Origin: Marsupella aquatica
Lineage: Eukaryota; Plantae; Marchantiophyta
Reading direction: 5' to 3'
DNA: 64,000 nt
Assembly: GCA_973895155.1 (NCBI GenBank)
Contig: OZ316893.1
Coordinates: 310,001 to 374,000, forward strand
Numbering within the stretch: position 1 is the first letter of the stretch; each line of letters opens with the position of its first letter. This document shows positions 41,138-51,862 of this stretch, in pieces. The position numbers and the translations under genes were made by a program. Below the pieces are notes generated by a model. The model worked only from the letters and a program-made list of their open reading frames with translations. It ran no database searches and had not been told where the DNA came from.

Positions 41138-43194
41138 ATGGCTACCGGTGAGGGGAGTGGAGGGCAAGGTGGTAGTGGTAGTGGTAGTGGTAGTGGCAAT
41201 GGGGGAAATCCAGAGAAAGAGAAGAATGCCTGGGCAGACTTAGTGGCCCAACATCTCAGTGCTGCACAATTGGGAGAAGTGAATCTCAATTCTCTAGCAG
41301 GGCTTGCCTCTTTGAGTGCCATTCTTGGACAGGTTTTGCAAACTGGGATTGTAGCAGGACAAGCTACTAGAGAGGGGGAGGAGAGGGCCGCAGCTGAAGA
41401 GAAGGCTAGAGAGAAAAAAAGGAAGAGAGAGGAAAGAACTAAGTCGGGAGTTGCCTCTCCTCAAGCCCTAGAGAAGCAGAAGAGAAGAGAGGAGAGAGAT
41501 TCAATTCGAAAACAGAGGGAGGAGCAACGTCAGAAAGAGGAAGCAAGAAAAAAACTTCCATTCATTGCCTTGGAGACGAGTGGGACTCCAACTGAGCTAG
41601 CATATGCAGGGGCTAAGAGCACAATCAAGCAGATTATCACAAGCAATTTCTCACGAGGCATGCAGTGGGGGAAGATTGAGAAGGCAGAGCGAAAGAGGGT
41701 CATCAACCAAATCAAGGATGCATTTCGCAATGGGCCTGACATAGATGAGCAATGGTTGGCAGATAAGATTTCAAATTCTATGTCTCAAATGCGATACCAT
41801 GACAGGATGAAGATTAGAGCCCACCTGAAAGACTTGAGATCATACAGGAACTTGCGCAGACCCCTCCACTTCACCGAGGACATCTGGAATTCGTTTTACA
41901 AGATTGAGGTGCAAATTAAGGCAGCTCACGAGTTGGAAGAGTGGAAGGGCAATCTAGATCGAGCCTTGAAAGCAAAGGAGGCCGGGAACTCCCCCTGACC
42001 ACGACCTGAAGCCACTTGAGCAGAAGGTAGCTGAGATGCAGAAGGTGGCCGACCAGGAGGGAAAGCCACCCAAGCGTTTCACAGATGCAGCCAAACGAGT
42101 GAAATCCACCCCCAATCCAGTCCACAAGTTGGGTCAAGGCGGGCTCCCCGGCCTCAAGTCACACTTTGTGAGTGCCTCTTGCTCCTCCCTAACCTCTCTA
42201 TTCCTTTCAGAGTTGTGCAATGCAAGTGAATGACATCCCCGAAGGTTCTTGCTGTTGTGCATGCTTGCTTGGTTACTAGTTTAGGGCAACTCTGACACTT
42301 AGAATTTCTGGCAAATTTTTAAAAACTCTTGGGAACACAGTTTGCGAAGGTGTTGCGATGCGTATTTGTTCGCAAACCCCTCGCAAAGTCTATCATAGAC
42401 TTTTTCCATTTCAATTTTCCGATGCCTTTGCGAACAAATGCGCATCGCAAACTCCATCGCAACGCCTTCGCAAAAAAAGGTGGTTCGCAAGTTGCTATGC
42501 TTATAGGTTCGCAAATTTGAATTAAAATTTTTTTTTGGGTCATGTTTAGTAGTTGAGGATTTAGGCGTCACTTGTGGCTATAGGGTATGCTTAAGGGCAA
42601 ATTTAACCAATTTTAATTGGTTTTATGCATGGCAGTATCGGAGGTACAAAAGGAAGATATCAAAAAAGCATATTGAGGTGGCGATAGAGCATGGACGAAA
42701 GTACCTCTTTGCGATGGTAGATGCCGAGTTGGCTACTGTAAGTGTCTAAGTGTGAACCATATGATTAGCATGCGAACATTGTGAGTGACCCTTTATGTCT
42801 TGCGGAAACTAATGATATGTAATGGATGCAGGATTCGGATGAGCCTGAGGGGTCGGGTGCTGATGTGACCAGTAGTGATGACGATGAGGGGGCTACTCCT
42901 GGTACTAGTGGTGCTCGGGGGGGGAGTAGTCGTGAGGTAGGTTCTTCCCACCGTGGTAGTGGTGGTAGTCGTGTGTCATCAGCACACGTTGATGACCAGG
43001 GGGAGGAGGAGGACCCTGAGGATGAGGAGGAGGAGCAGGAGGGGCAGGAGGAGCCAGAGGAGCAGCAGGAGCAGGAGCAGGAGCAGGAGCGCCGACGGCC
43101 ATCACGCACCCGTCACCAACAGGATCCCCGGAAGGATAAGGGCAAGAAGCCAGCCAAGAAGCCAACCAAGAGGAGCCGCAAGAGCCCATTCTAG
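41138..43194 (+). CDS. CACTA second gene (occupying the TnpA role), multi-exon, divergent from the transposase
   Basis: ORFs 41138-41998, 42036-42167, ~42636-42737 and 42826-43194 with GT-AG boundaries; basic coiled coil and acidic tail; no recognisable family motif. Confidence 0.6.
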
Positions 43195-45381
43195 TTATTT
43201 TGTAGAGATACATGCATGAGAGTGACTTGTCATGCCGGAGCTTAGGGTAGGAAGAGGCAGCATAGGTTTAGAAGGGCGGACCTAGCATCAGATATTTCCC
43301 CCCTCTTGTCCATGTATAGGGTTCTTTGAAGCCCTATCATTTTGTTCATGCTTTTCCATTTTATAAAACAACAATTTTTCCTTCCACATTGGGTTCCAAG
43401 GAAAACCCCTCGCAAATAATGTATTGAATCCTGTGTGATCATAATTTTGCGAACCCTTTAAGAACTCATTCCCATCGCACAATATTAACCCCAAGGCGTT
43501 GCACTTTTTGAGTCAATTAACTTCAGAACTTCAGATCCAAATATGTCGGGTTTTTGTGATACTTCTAGGATCGCACTTTCCTAATCGCAACCGTTCACAA
43601 ACTTCTAAAATCACCGGTATCGCTCTTTGTCATACAATCCCCATCAAAACAATTGAACCAGTATCAATCACAAATATGATGCGATGGTAAATCCGTCTCA
43701 AATATTGACGCCCGCGCGGGACGTGTGCGTGTATGTTTGCAAACCTTATGCGACGTATAATGGATCGCAAAAGTATTGAATATTGCGAACCTCTCAGCTT
43801 CTCAGTTTGCCATGATGTTGCGATGCCGTTGCGATGGTCCGCGTGCGAAGTTATTAGGTTCGCAAAGTGCGAAGGGGGTGCGATGCGCGTATGTTCGCAA
43901 TAGCCAGAATTATGAAAATCAGGGGCTTGTTAGTTGCGATGAGATTGTCTTCGCAAAACCGGCCGATAGTGTTGTAGTGAAAAGATCTACCTGAAGACTC
44001 TGATCCACCCTCAGATGGTGAAACTTATAGATCTTATGATAATTCTCTTGAGTCATCCCCAAGGCAGGGATTTGAAGATGTTGATACTGCCTTAAGATCC
44101 AATCCAGACTTAGTAGCAGTTGTCACTTCATCTACTCAAACACCTCGGAATGCTACTATCGAAAGCAGGTACCCTAGACGTCCTGAGTCAGAAGTGCATA
44201 GGTATGCCACCACTTGCAAAATAATGCAGGCCAACAGACCACCGGTTGGAGAGTTCTGGAGATACTACTATCTAAAGAAGACTGAGGCAAGCTACATCTT
44301 CGATCTTAGGTGTCTTGGTACTTCTAGAGTGGAAATGGCACAATTTGATGAGTTCTGGATTGACTCAATATACTTTCGGCCTATTCTTGCTATGATGCTA
44401 CTCCAAGGTGATGTAGAGGTAGAGGATTCAGACTTAGTTCTAGCATACTTTGGAAACTTTGCAGCCTATGCCTTGGATTTTGTGGTTTCCTTCCTGATGC
44501 AGAGCAAGAAGTCTACTACTCTACAACACGATTACATACCACAAGGACCTAAGGTTACCCTTGTTTCAACCAGTACATTGGCTGAGAAACAGAGGATCTG
44601 GAATAATGTCACTTCTCAGACTCTAGCTGAATTCAACCGGTATTTCAGAGATGTCAGATGGAGACTTTGACCCTTCTATTCCAGGATGATGAGTAATGAT
44701 GAGTTCCTGTACCATTATCCCCAAGTATATGCTGCTACCTGCAACAACTATGATGTGATCGGGATGTACAGAGAAGCCCTTCGTATTGATTCATGTTATT
44801 TGATGAAGAGGATGCCTTTGATGTATCCTGAGAGATAACTGAGGTGCCTACCATACTCCAGAGGATCCCCACGCCAAGCTGAACTGATGGAGGTTACTCA
44901 GAACCAAATTGTTACCCTTGTGGAGTTGCTGGAACCCGACGACATCCGACAGCAAGCTTGAAGAAGTCTTTTAGTTAGTTTTTAAGAGTAGTGCATCTTA
45001 TCTGATTTTTAGAAATGCATTCTAGAGCTTTGAAAGCTGTCATACTTCTTTAGCATGTAGTTAGTACCTAGGAAAACCTCCTGGCAAAATCGCAGAGTTT
45101 TCTGACTTATAGTTAGGAAGTTAAAAATAGTTGAATTCATCAAGTCTTTACTTTACCGCAATTACGAGTTACGACTTAGCTTTTACTAGTTTAAGAGTTA
45201 CTAGTTTCCGATTACGAGTTCCGATAGACAGCCGATTACGAGTTAATAGTTTACTAGTTACGAGTTCATACTTAGCCATTTTTCCGGCTTTTCACTTACT
45301 GAATCGCCATTTTAAAATTTTGAGGGGTATGAAGAGGCATGTCTCTTCGACCCTGTGACCTCTCACTCAGTAGATTTTTAC

Positions 45382-45387
45382 TATAAG
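45382..45387 (+). promoter_or_regulatory. Putative LTR TATA box (CTATAAGACCCC)
   Basis: Resembles the plant LTR CTATAAATACCCC context; lies downstream of the family-2 ORF and ~800 bp before the CA end. Confidence 0.45.
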
Positions 45388-46362
45388 ACCCCTCTACCAC
45401 TAGTGTAGATGATGGTAAAGTTTAGCAATTTCTGCCTTTCCTTGGTGTTCTGCCAGTTGATCATGAATGTTAAGAGTTCAAGATCAAGCTTGACACCAGG
45501 AGAAGACTTTTCTCCTTCTTGTGGTTTAATCCTTCGAATAAATCATGGGAAGTAAAATCTCAATTGTGTAAATCTTATGAGATCTGATGATAGATTCCTT
45601 TTTGGGTGACTCATTACAATCTCCTGAGTTCTTAGAGTTAACTCACTGAGTTTAAGTCTTATTTGAAAGTGATGGATTTTCTTTCATGTTGCTTAGTACC
45701 ACCTAAATGTTGAAGTAGCTACCTTTTAGATCTTATCTGAGTACTATTTAGAAAGAAAGGATAAGACATGTTGACGACATTTTAAAAGGTACTCTAGTAA
45801 GCAATTTAGATCTGAAAAGCAATATGGATTTGAATCCTTAAGTCTTTTCATTTTGACTTATGTCTAAGGAGTAACCTTGGTCTATTCCAGACTCCCTTAG
45901 CATACTTTGAGATATTTTCCTTGTGTTTCGTTAATCATTCCCTTTTCATTAATTTATTGTTACATGATGCTGAGTTGTCATTAAAAACCACTCACCGCTG
46001 TGGAGCGATCTTCAAAATACCTTAGTAAAGTAATCAATCCTGATTACTATGTGTTAAAGAGAGTTCTTAAACTCTCATTTGTGTTTTTATGTATCAAATC
46101 AACCCCATCTTGTTCTTTACGGGAACGAATACCGAGTTTGAAGACCTATAAATGTGTTTTTGGTTCTTCATAACAAACTACACGCCCTAACCCTAATCTT
46201 GTTTTCACCCCCAGCTTCCTTACCTCCGGCCTCGGCCCGGGTTCCATAGTCGCCCCTAATTGTTTATATTTTCCTTGTTTTGTCCCTATACTAAGGTGTT
46301 TCTAGGGTGCACTCCTGCTTTACCCACTTAACTGGCCGAGTGATTCCTGGCTAGGCATCACA

Positions 46363-46976
46363 GGTTGCAAAGCTATTGAACACTCCATTGGAGGAGTACA
46401 GTTTGCTCATGTCAAAGGAGACAATGGAGGCTTTCATGAAGGCCCAAAATCGAGGACATGGGAAGACTTGGTACTCGAAGGATATGACAAAAGAAGCCGC
46501 TATGTACATCATGTCTTGGTCAAACATTGAAGCGGGACGAATCAATATCTCCAAGGAGATGGCACAAGACGCAGCTCGTGGGCACCCGTGAAGTGTGAAG
46601 AGAACTGAGGAGGAGACGGAGGCAATGATTATTGTTGCATGCAAGGCCTGGGACAACAAGTTTCCCAAGCTTGTGGCCTGCGTGAATCCGGCCAATGGAG
46701 ACCAGTTCATGCCGGTATGTCGGCAGCTGTATCACAAGTTGTCAAAGGATGCCAAGCAGGGTGTGATGAATGTATAGGGTCCGCTTGTTTGCTGGGGCTT
46801 GGGTAACTGCAGAGTGCAGAGTAAAGCTATTGAAAGCTCATTTTGGAACGGAGGAGGAGAAGAGTATGTATCACCATCCACGTAGCAATGGTGATGCTGC
46901 AATTAGATCCTGGTTAGCGGTCTGGTCAATGTGGTGTTACATTGACCACGTTGGTTGTGTGATTTTGACCGATTTT
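46363..46976 (+). pseudogene. Middle segment of the Mutator cargo gene
   Basis: Frame continues from 27450 (DADRV-AKLLNTPLEEY) and continues at 59601 on the minus strand (ILTDF-AAKAYQRQMYREF). Confidence 0.8.
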
Positions 46977-49900
46977 TGTGGTGCATCCCATGGCTCCCTA
47001 AACCCAAGAAACCCCCCAGCTCAACCCGATTCCCGCAGGTTTCGCGCTTGGCGAGGCCGTTTCCATGGCTTAGCGGCATGGGACGCTGCTAACCTTCTAC
47101 TACTACTATTAACATTTTACACACATATACTGGACAGATCCTTCATCGGGTCATGAGATACGTAGCCGGCCTAATCTAGGCCTTCCCCTGTCTTCCCCTC
47201 CGTCTTGTTAGGTATGTTTGGATTCCGCCGCCGGAATGATCCCCAATAGGCTTGGTTAAGCCGCTAAGACCTCTCTCAGCTCGACACATCCAACTCTCAC
47301 TCCCCTGCTTACTTTCCTTCCTTTTGGTTGATGTGGGCACTCTTCACACAAGTTAATGCGACACACAAATAGCAAAATGACTCATTCTGACTGAGTCATA
47401 CCATGCACTTGCCATACAAATAGTACATCTCATACACAAGCTCTGCGAACTAAGCCGTGAGGCCAACTCTATTCAGCTCTTAGGCATGAGGAAACATGAA
47501 TATACACAAGGGTCACTGTATGACTAACCGAGAGCTTCTCGTACTACTTGATCCCAGCCCGGCTGGTGCAAACTAAAAACTTGCTAAAGAAGAGGCCCTG
47601 AGCTCCCCGCTGCCCAGGTACTTATCCTGGTAGTGGATCCGCCATTCTTTGCATCGTAAGCCTAATCTACCTAACAGTAATCTACTTGCCCGAATCTACC
47701 TATGTACAGCAAGGCAGGAGCACAAGTGTTGCTCCTACTAGTGGGACCGCAATCCCACTAAGCTAAGTGTCAGGGCCGCTCCTGGTCCTGATCCTAATCC
47801 TAAACTTGGAGATCCGCGCCCGCCCTGCCCACTCACGCCTCCTCCCTCCACGTCCGCCCTCCCTAAAAGGAACGACGCCCTTGCACCGTCACGACACCGG
47901 TGGAGGATCCTTAATGGACGCCCCCAACGCTTCCTCCTCAGCCACTGCCGTAGGTTCATTCTCTGACAGATTACCTGCCCTTGACTGAGTCAACTCTCCA
48001 TCGGCCTGACTGGGTCCACCATCGGCGTCGGCATCGGCTCGGGAATCGGTTACGGCCTCAGCCTCGGCTATGGTCTCCCCGGCCTGCTCAAGAGGCGGAT
48101 CTGGAATACCGGCCTCATTACTGAGTAGTTCGGCTTGGGCCGCACCACCCCCACCTATGATGATAGCGGGATCTATTGCCGTATTCATGCCGGAGGATGG
48201 TGCTGGTTCTACCTCCTTGGTCACCACGGCTTGTGGAGTCGGATTACTCCTTGACCCTGAAGGTTTCTGCTTTTTCTTCTTTTCTGGTTCGGCAGCTGGT
48301 CCCTTCCCCTTCCCACTTACTTCCGGCACTGGTGCAGGTGGCGCGGCTTTTTCTTCGGCCAGTACCACTCCTGGTAACTTAATTGGTTGCCCCAATTGGA
48401 GTTGGGCCTGATGAAGACAAGCACTTAAATACTGCGGCTTGTTTCTTCAGCCGCTCCGTTTGGTTGTCGGCCCGCCGCTGGAGGTTCTCCATCTTCCTCG
48501 TGATTTCCTCCAACTCCTCCTAGGTCTCATCCAGGTCCTTGCGTGCCTCCTCTAGTTCCTTCTGGGCTTCCTCCCGTTCTTGTTTCAAGGTAGTCCTCTC
48601 CTCCCGGGTTGCTCTTAGCTCCTTGTCGAGCTCTGCAATGATGACAGACTCCATCTGGTTCATCTTGGCGTAAGTCTGTTCGAGCATCTCGTCCTTCTCC
48701 CTTAGGTCGGCCTTGAAGCTGGCCGTCAGGGACGCAAGCTCCTGCTGCAGCGCCATAATCCCTTGATAGGATTTCCCTAACTCGGCCTCCTTCTGCTCAA
48801 GGGCTCCGCGGATTTTCTCAAGCTCCCCCTTCAACGCCCATTCCTTTCTTTGGGTCTCCGCCATGGCCCGGCTGTTGGCTGTTATGTGGGCCTCCTCTGT
48901 ATTCTTCAGCTCTTGCTTCCACTTCTCCCTCTCTTTGATCGTGTCGGCCAACTCTCCCTGCGTCTGAGTCAGTTTATCCTTGATATTCTGATTATCAGCC
49001 TGCGCGGTGTCCAACTGCCCCTGCATGATGTTCAGCTCATGCCGTTTAATCCGCAGTTCATCTTGGGCTTTCTTGGCCGCCCTTAGATCTTCAATCTCGG
49101 CTTCCATCCTCCTAAGCCGCCAAATAACCTTGTCCTTCTTGCTTCTCTCTAAAGCCACCGCTTCTTCTAATTGGTGCTTCTCCAACTGCTCCCTATGGAA
49201 AAAGGGTCCTACCTCCAAGTCCTCTCCAAAGATGCCGAGCGCAAGTTCCCCACACATCTCACCATACTCCATGGCTCTATTCTTAGCGTAGGTGGAGTAA
49301 GTAGAAGTGATCGGCATCGCCCATCGCGGCCTCTGCTCCCAAGCCGTCTTGCGGATCTCTTCAATCGTGGCTAGAGGTTTGCTTCCTTTTTTGGCTAGCC
49401 GCCTGATGTCCTCCGGCCAATCTCCTCCTGGTAAATCCTTTTCCCTAGCCAGGGCTGCCTCCTCTTCCTGCCTGATTCGCTCCTGAAATTCCTGCACCGT
49501 CTGTTTTATGCCGTCGAAGCTCGGGGGAGCAACATCTGGTGGGGGAGACTCAGGGCTACTCTGCTGGTTGGGGTCCCCTCGCACTACCCTTGGAAGTGTG
49601 GGGACAAACCGGCCACAGGTCCTTACTCCTGGAACGTGATGGTCCGACCCATAGCCGGAATTATCATGGCTGCAGTCCTCCACTGCCTCCTCTACTTCTT
49701 GGACGTCCGGCTTCTCCCTCTCCCCTTCGTCGGTAGGAGCTTCAGGCAATTCTGCCTCAGATTTGGAGCTTGAGATTCCCACATACATTCGAACACCTGG
49801 CTTGGATTCCGGCCTGATTCTCTCCTTGTCTCCAGCAAAGGGGTTTTCTCTTGTGAGCCGGTGTAGGCCTACCTCTGTAGTAGTGTCCTGCATTGTTGCC

Positions 49901-51640
49901 GTTGCCGTTGTTGTTGCCGATGCCGATTTCTTTTCTTTCTCCAGTAGTTTCAGCAGACTCTGCATGCCTGGTTGCTGCATCGGCAAGTCCTCCTTCTTGG
50001 GCCTAAACACTTGCTCGATCGTAGGGCTAACAGGTGGTTGAGGCTTCTCAGCCAACGGCCTCGGCGTTGGAGCTTCCTCGGGTGCCCTTACCTGCAGGGG
50101 AAGTACTGGGGCAAAAGTCTGACCTCTGGCATACCGGCACAACAACGGCATGTGATAGCCAAGCCGCGACACGCTCCCCATGCCGATTACCTGCTGCTCC
50201 TCCTTTAAGATCTTCTTCAATTGGTTGAGGAGGTACCCGTTGTAGTCCCGGCTTGGGTCTGGCCTTTTTGCCAGATAGACCTATGCCTTGCCGATCTCTG
50301 CCCTCGGCAAGTTACAATGCATGGTCACCCGCAAGAAGTCGATCATCTCTCCTATGTGCGGGTTGGTGCAGGTGTTCCGGAAGAAGCCATTCTTCGTTGA
50401 TGGCCCGGGGAACGACCGGAACTCCTTGTCAGGCAAGGTCTTCCTGGTATCAACTTTGGTCTTATTGCCTATTGGCAAGCCAAACACTTCGGCAATTACC
50501 TTGGGAGTAAGATAGAAATCCTTCCCATATATCCTCGTGCAATTGGTCTCGGGTTCCCATGACCCCACGAATTCTAATAGGTCTGACTCCGGTACCTCCG
50601 GCTTCAGCCATGGTAATCTTACAAAGGCCTCTAAGCCGGATCCGGCCATGAAGCCTTGGTACTTCTTGGTCTGCATGGCCGTGAAGCATGCATCCTCCTC
50701 CCGTGCAAAATGTAGTTGCACCTCCACCGGTAGGGTTGCCGCCCAGCCCTTCCAGGTGTCATCCCTGGTTGGAATGGCCTTGATGGGATCGACCTCCTCC
50801 TCTTTGGCTTCTCCCTGCCTCCTGCTCTGCTGCTCGGCTGGCTTCTTTGGTGCCGCCGACCTCGTTCTTTTTGCCGGGGTGGCTTCATCGTTGACGGCTC
50901 CCTTCCTCTTCATCTCTGCTGCCGTGGAGGTTTCTCCTAGCACCGTTGCCTGGGTCCACCTTTCCGTGCTACCCTTTAATTCCCAGTGTATGTCGTTGCA
51001 GTTCTTGATGGCCTCTCGGATGCCGACGACGCTGTCTTTGCAAAACAGAAGATCGTCGAGTTGATTGGAAGTAGGCGTCCATAGGAACTCGTCCTTGATG
51101 AGTTCGCCTCCTAAGAAAGCCGTCTTCTGCAGCTCCCACAATCGAGCGAGCTCCTGCCATTCTCGAGCTGCCCTTTCTGATTCCTCGTCCTCGTAAGTCT
51201 TGATGTACTCAGTTGCCCGTTCGAACAGGCATCCCCAGAAATGTGCCGCTTGATTGACGTTGCTCATACCCTCCTTAGGTCGATCGTTGGTATCTACTCT
51301 CTCCCCGAGTGCTTGCCTAAGCAACTGACAGTAGTTGGCCTCCCGTAGTCGTCTGCCTAGTTCGTGCTCGCAAATGAGCCACCATCTCCTGCAAGCGCTC
51401 CTTACCCCTCTCCTCTGCCGGTCCTTCTTCCCGTTGATCCTTCCTAGCGGCCGACGCTTAACGCGCCCTAACCCTAATCGGGTTTTCACCCTCAGCCTTA
51501 CCTCCGGCCTCGGCCCGGGTTCCATGGTTGCCCCTAATTGTTTATATTTTCCTTGTTTTGTCCCTATACTAAGGTGTTCCTAGGATGCCTTCCTGCTTTA
51601 CCCACTTAACCGGCCGAGTGATTCCTGTCTAGGCATCACA
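46977..51640 (-). mobile_element. Family-1 TG...CA unit, copy C, full length 4,664 bp
   Basis: Ends TGTGGTGCAT (46977) and GGCATCACA (51640); left flank ATTTT has its partner as AAAAT at 59597-59601. Confidence 0.95.
47889..51525 (-). pseudogene. Family-1 ORF, copy C
   Basis: Pieces 50281-51525, 48520-50220, 47889-48395; two CAG>TAG stops and a 4-bp insertion near 48380. Confidence 0.85.
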
Positions 51641-51862
51641 GAAGACAAGGGAAGGCCTAGATTAGGCCGGCTACGTATCTCATGACCCGATGAAGGATCT
51701 GTCCAGTATATATGTGTAAAATGTTAATAGTAGTAGTAGAAGGAGGTTAGCAGCGTCCCATGCCACTAAGCCGCGGAAACGGCCTCGCCAAGCGCGGAAC
51801 CTGCGGGAATCGGCTTGTGAAGGGGGGTTTCTAGGGTTTAGGGAGCCATGGGACGCACCACA
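51641..51862 (+). mobile_element. Family-1 copy E: terminal 222 bp of the 3' end
   Basis: Reverse complement of 27451-27670 and 46977-47195; ends GGACGCACCACA next to Gypsy pol. Confidence 0.92.

Larger units (their letters stand above)
34069..43979. mobile_element. CACTA (En/Spm) DNA transposon, 9,911 bp, both ends intact
   Basis: TIRs CACTACTACATATTGGCC and GGCCGATAGTGTTGTAGTG; 3-bp TSD AAA (34066-34068, 43980-43982); many TTCGCAA/TTGCGAA subterminal motifs. Confidence 0.96.
32642..44961 (+). pseudogene. Family-2 ORF (~800 codons; 32642-34068 plus 43983-44961), PMD/Transposase_32-like N-terminus, split by the CACTA
   Basis: Removing the CACTA and one AAA restores the frame (HPFDI-KDLPEDSDPPS); TGA stops at 32861, 32873 and 44668 and a TAA near 44836. 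Confidence 0.8.
32202..46182 (+). mobile_element. Family-2 TG...CA unit (putative giant solo LTR, ~4.07 kb without the CACTA insert)
   Basis: Starts TGTAAGT, ends AACTACA; TSD CGCCC at 32197-32201 and 46183-46187; copy B sequence resumes exactly afterwards. Confidence 0.9.
27451..46362 (-). mobile_element. Family-1 TG...CA unit, copy B (diverged subfamily), both ends intact, interrupted at 32202-46182
   Basis: Ends TGTGGTGCGT (27451) and GGCATCACA (46362); TSD GGTTG at 27446-27450 and 46363-46367. Confidence 0.93.

Noticed and set aside
46977-51862. Copy C plus E looks like a DNA transposon with ~220-bp TIRs
   Set aside because: Copies A, B and D end at GGCATCACA without that arm, and the flanks (ATTTT versus CAGAT) are not a TSD; E is the end of a separate copy
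51848-51862. ATG start of the 602-aa pol ORF
   Set aside because: The ATG comes from copy E; the pol is 5' truncated
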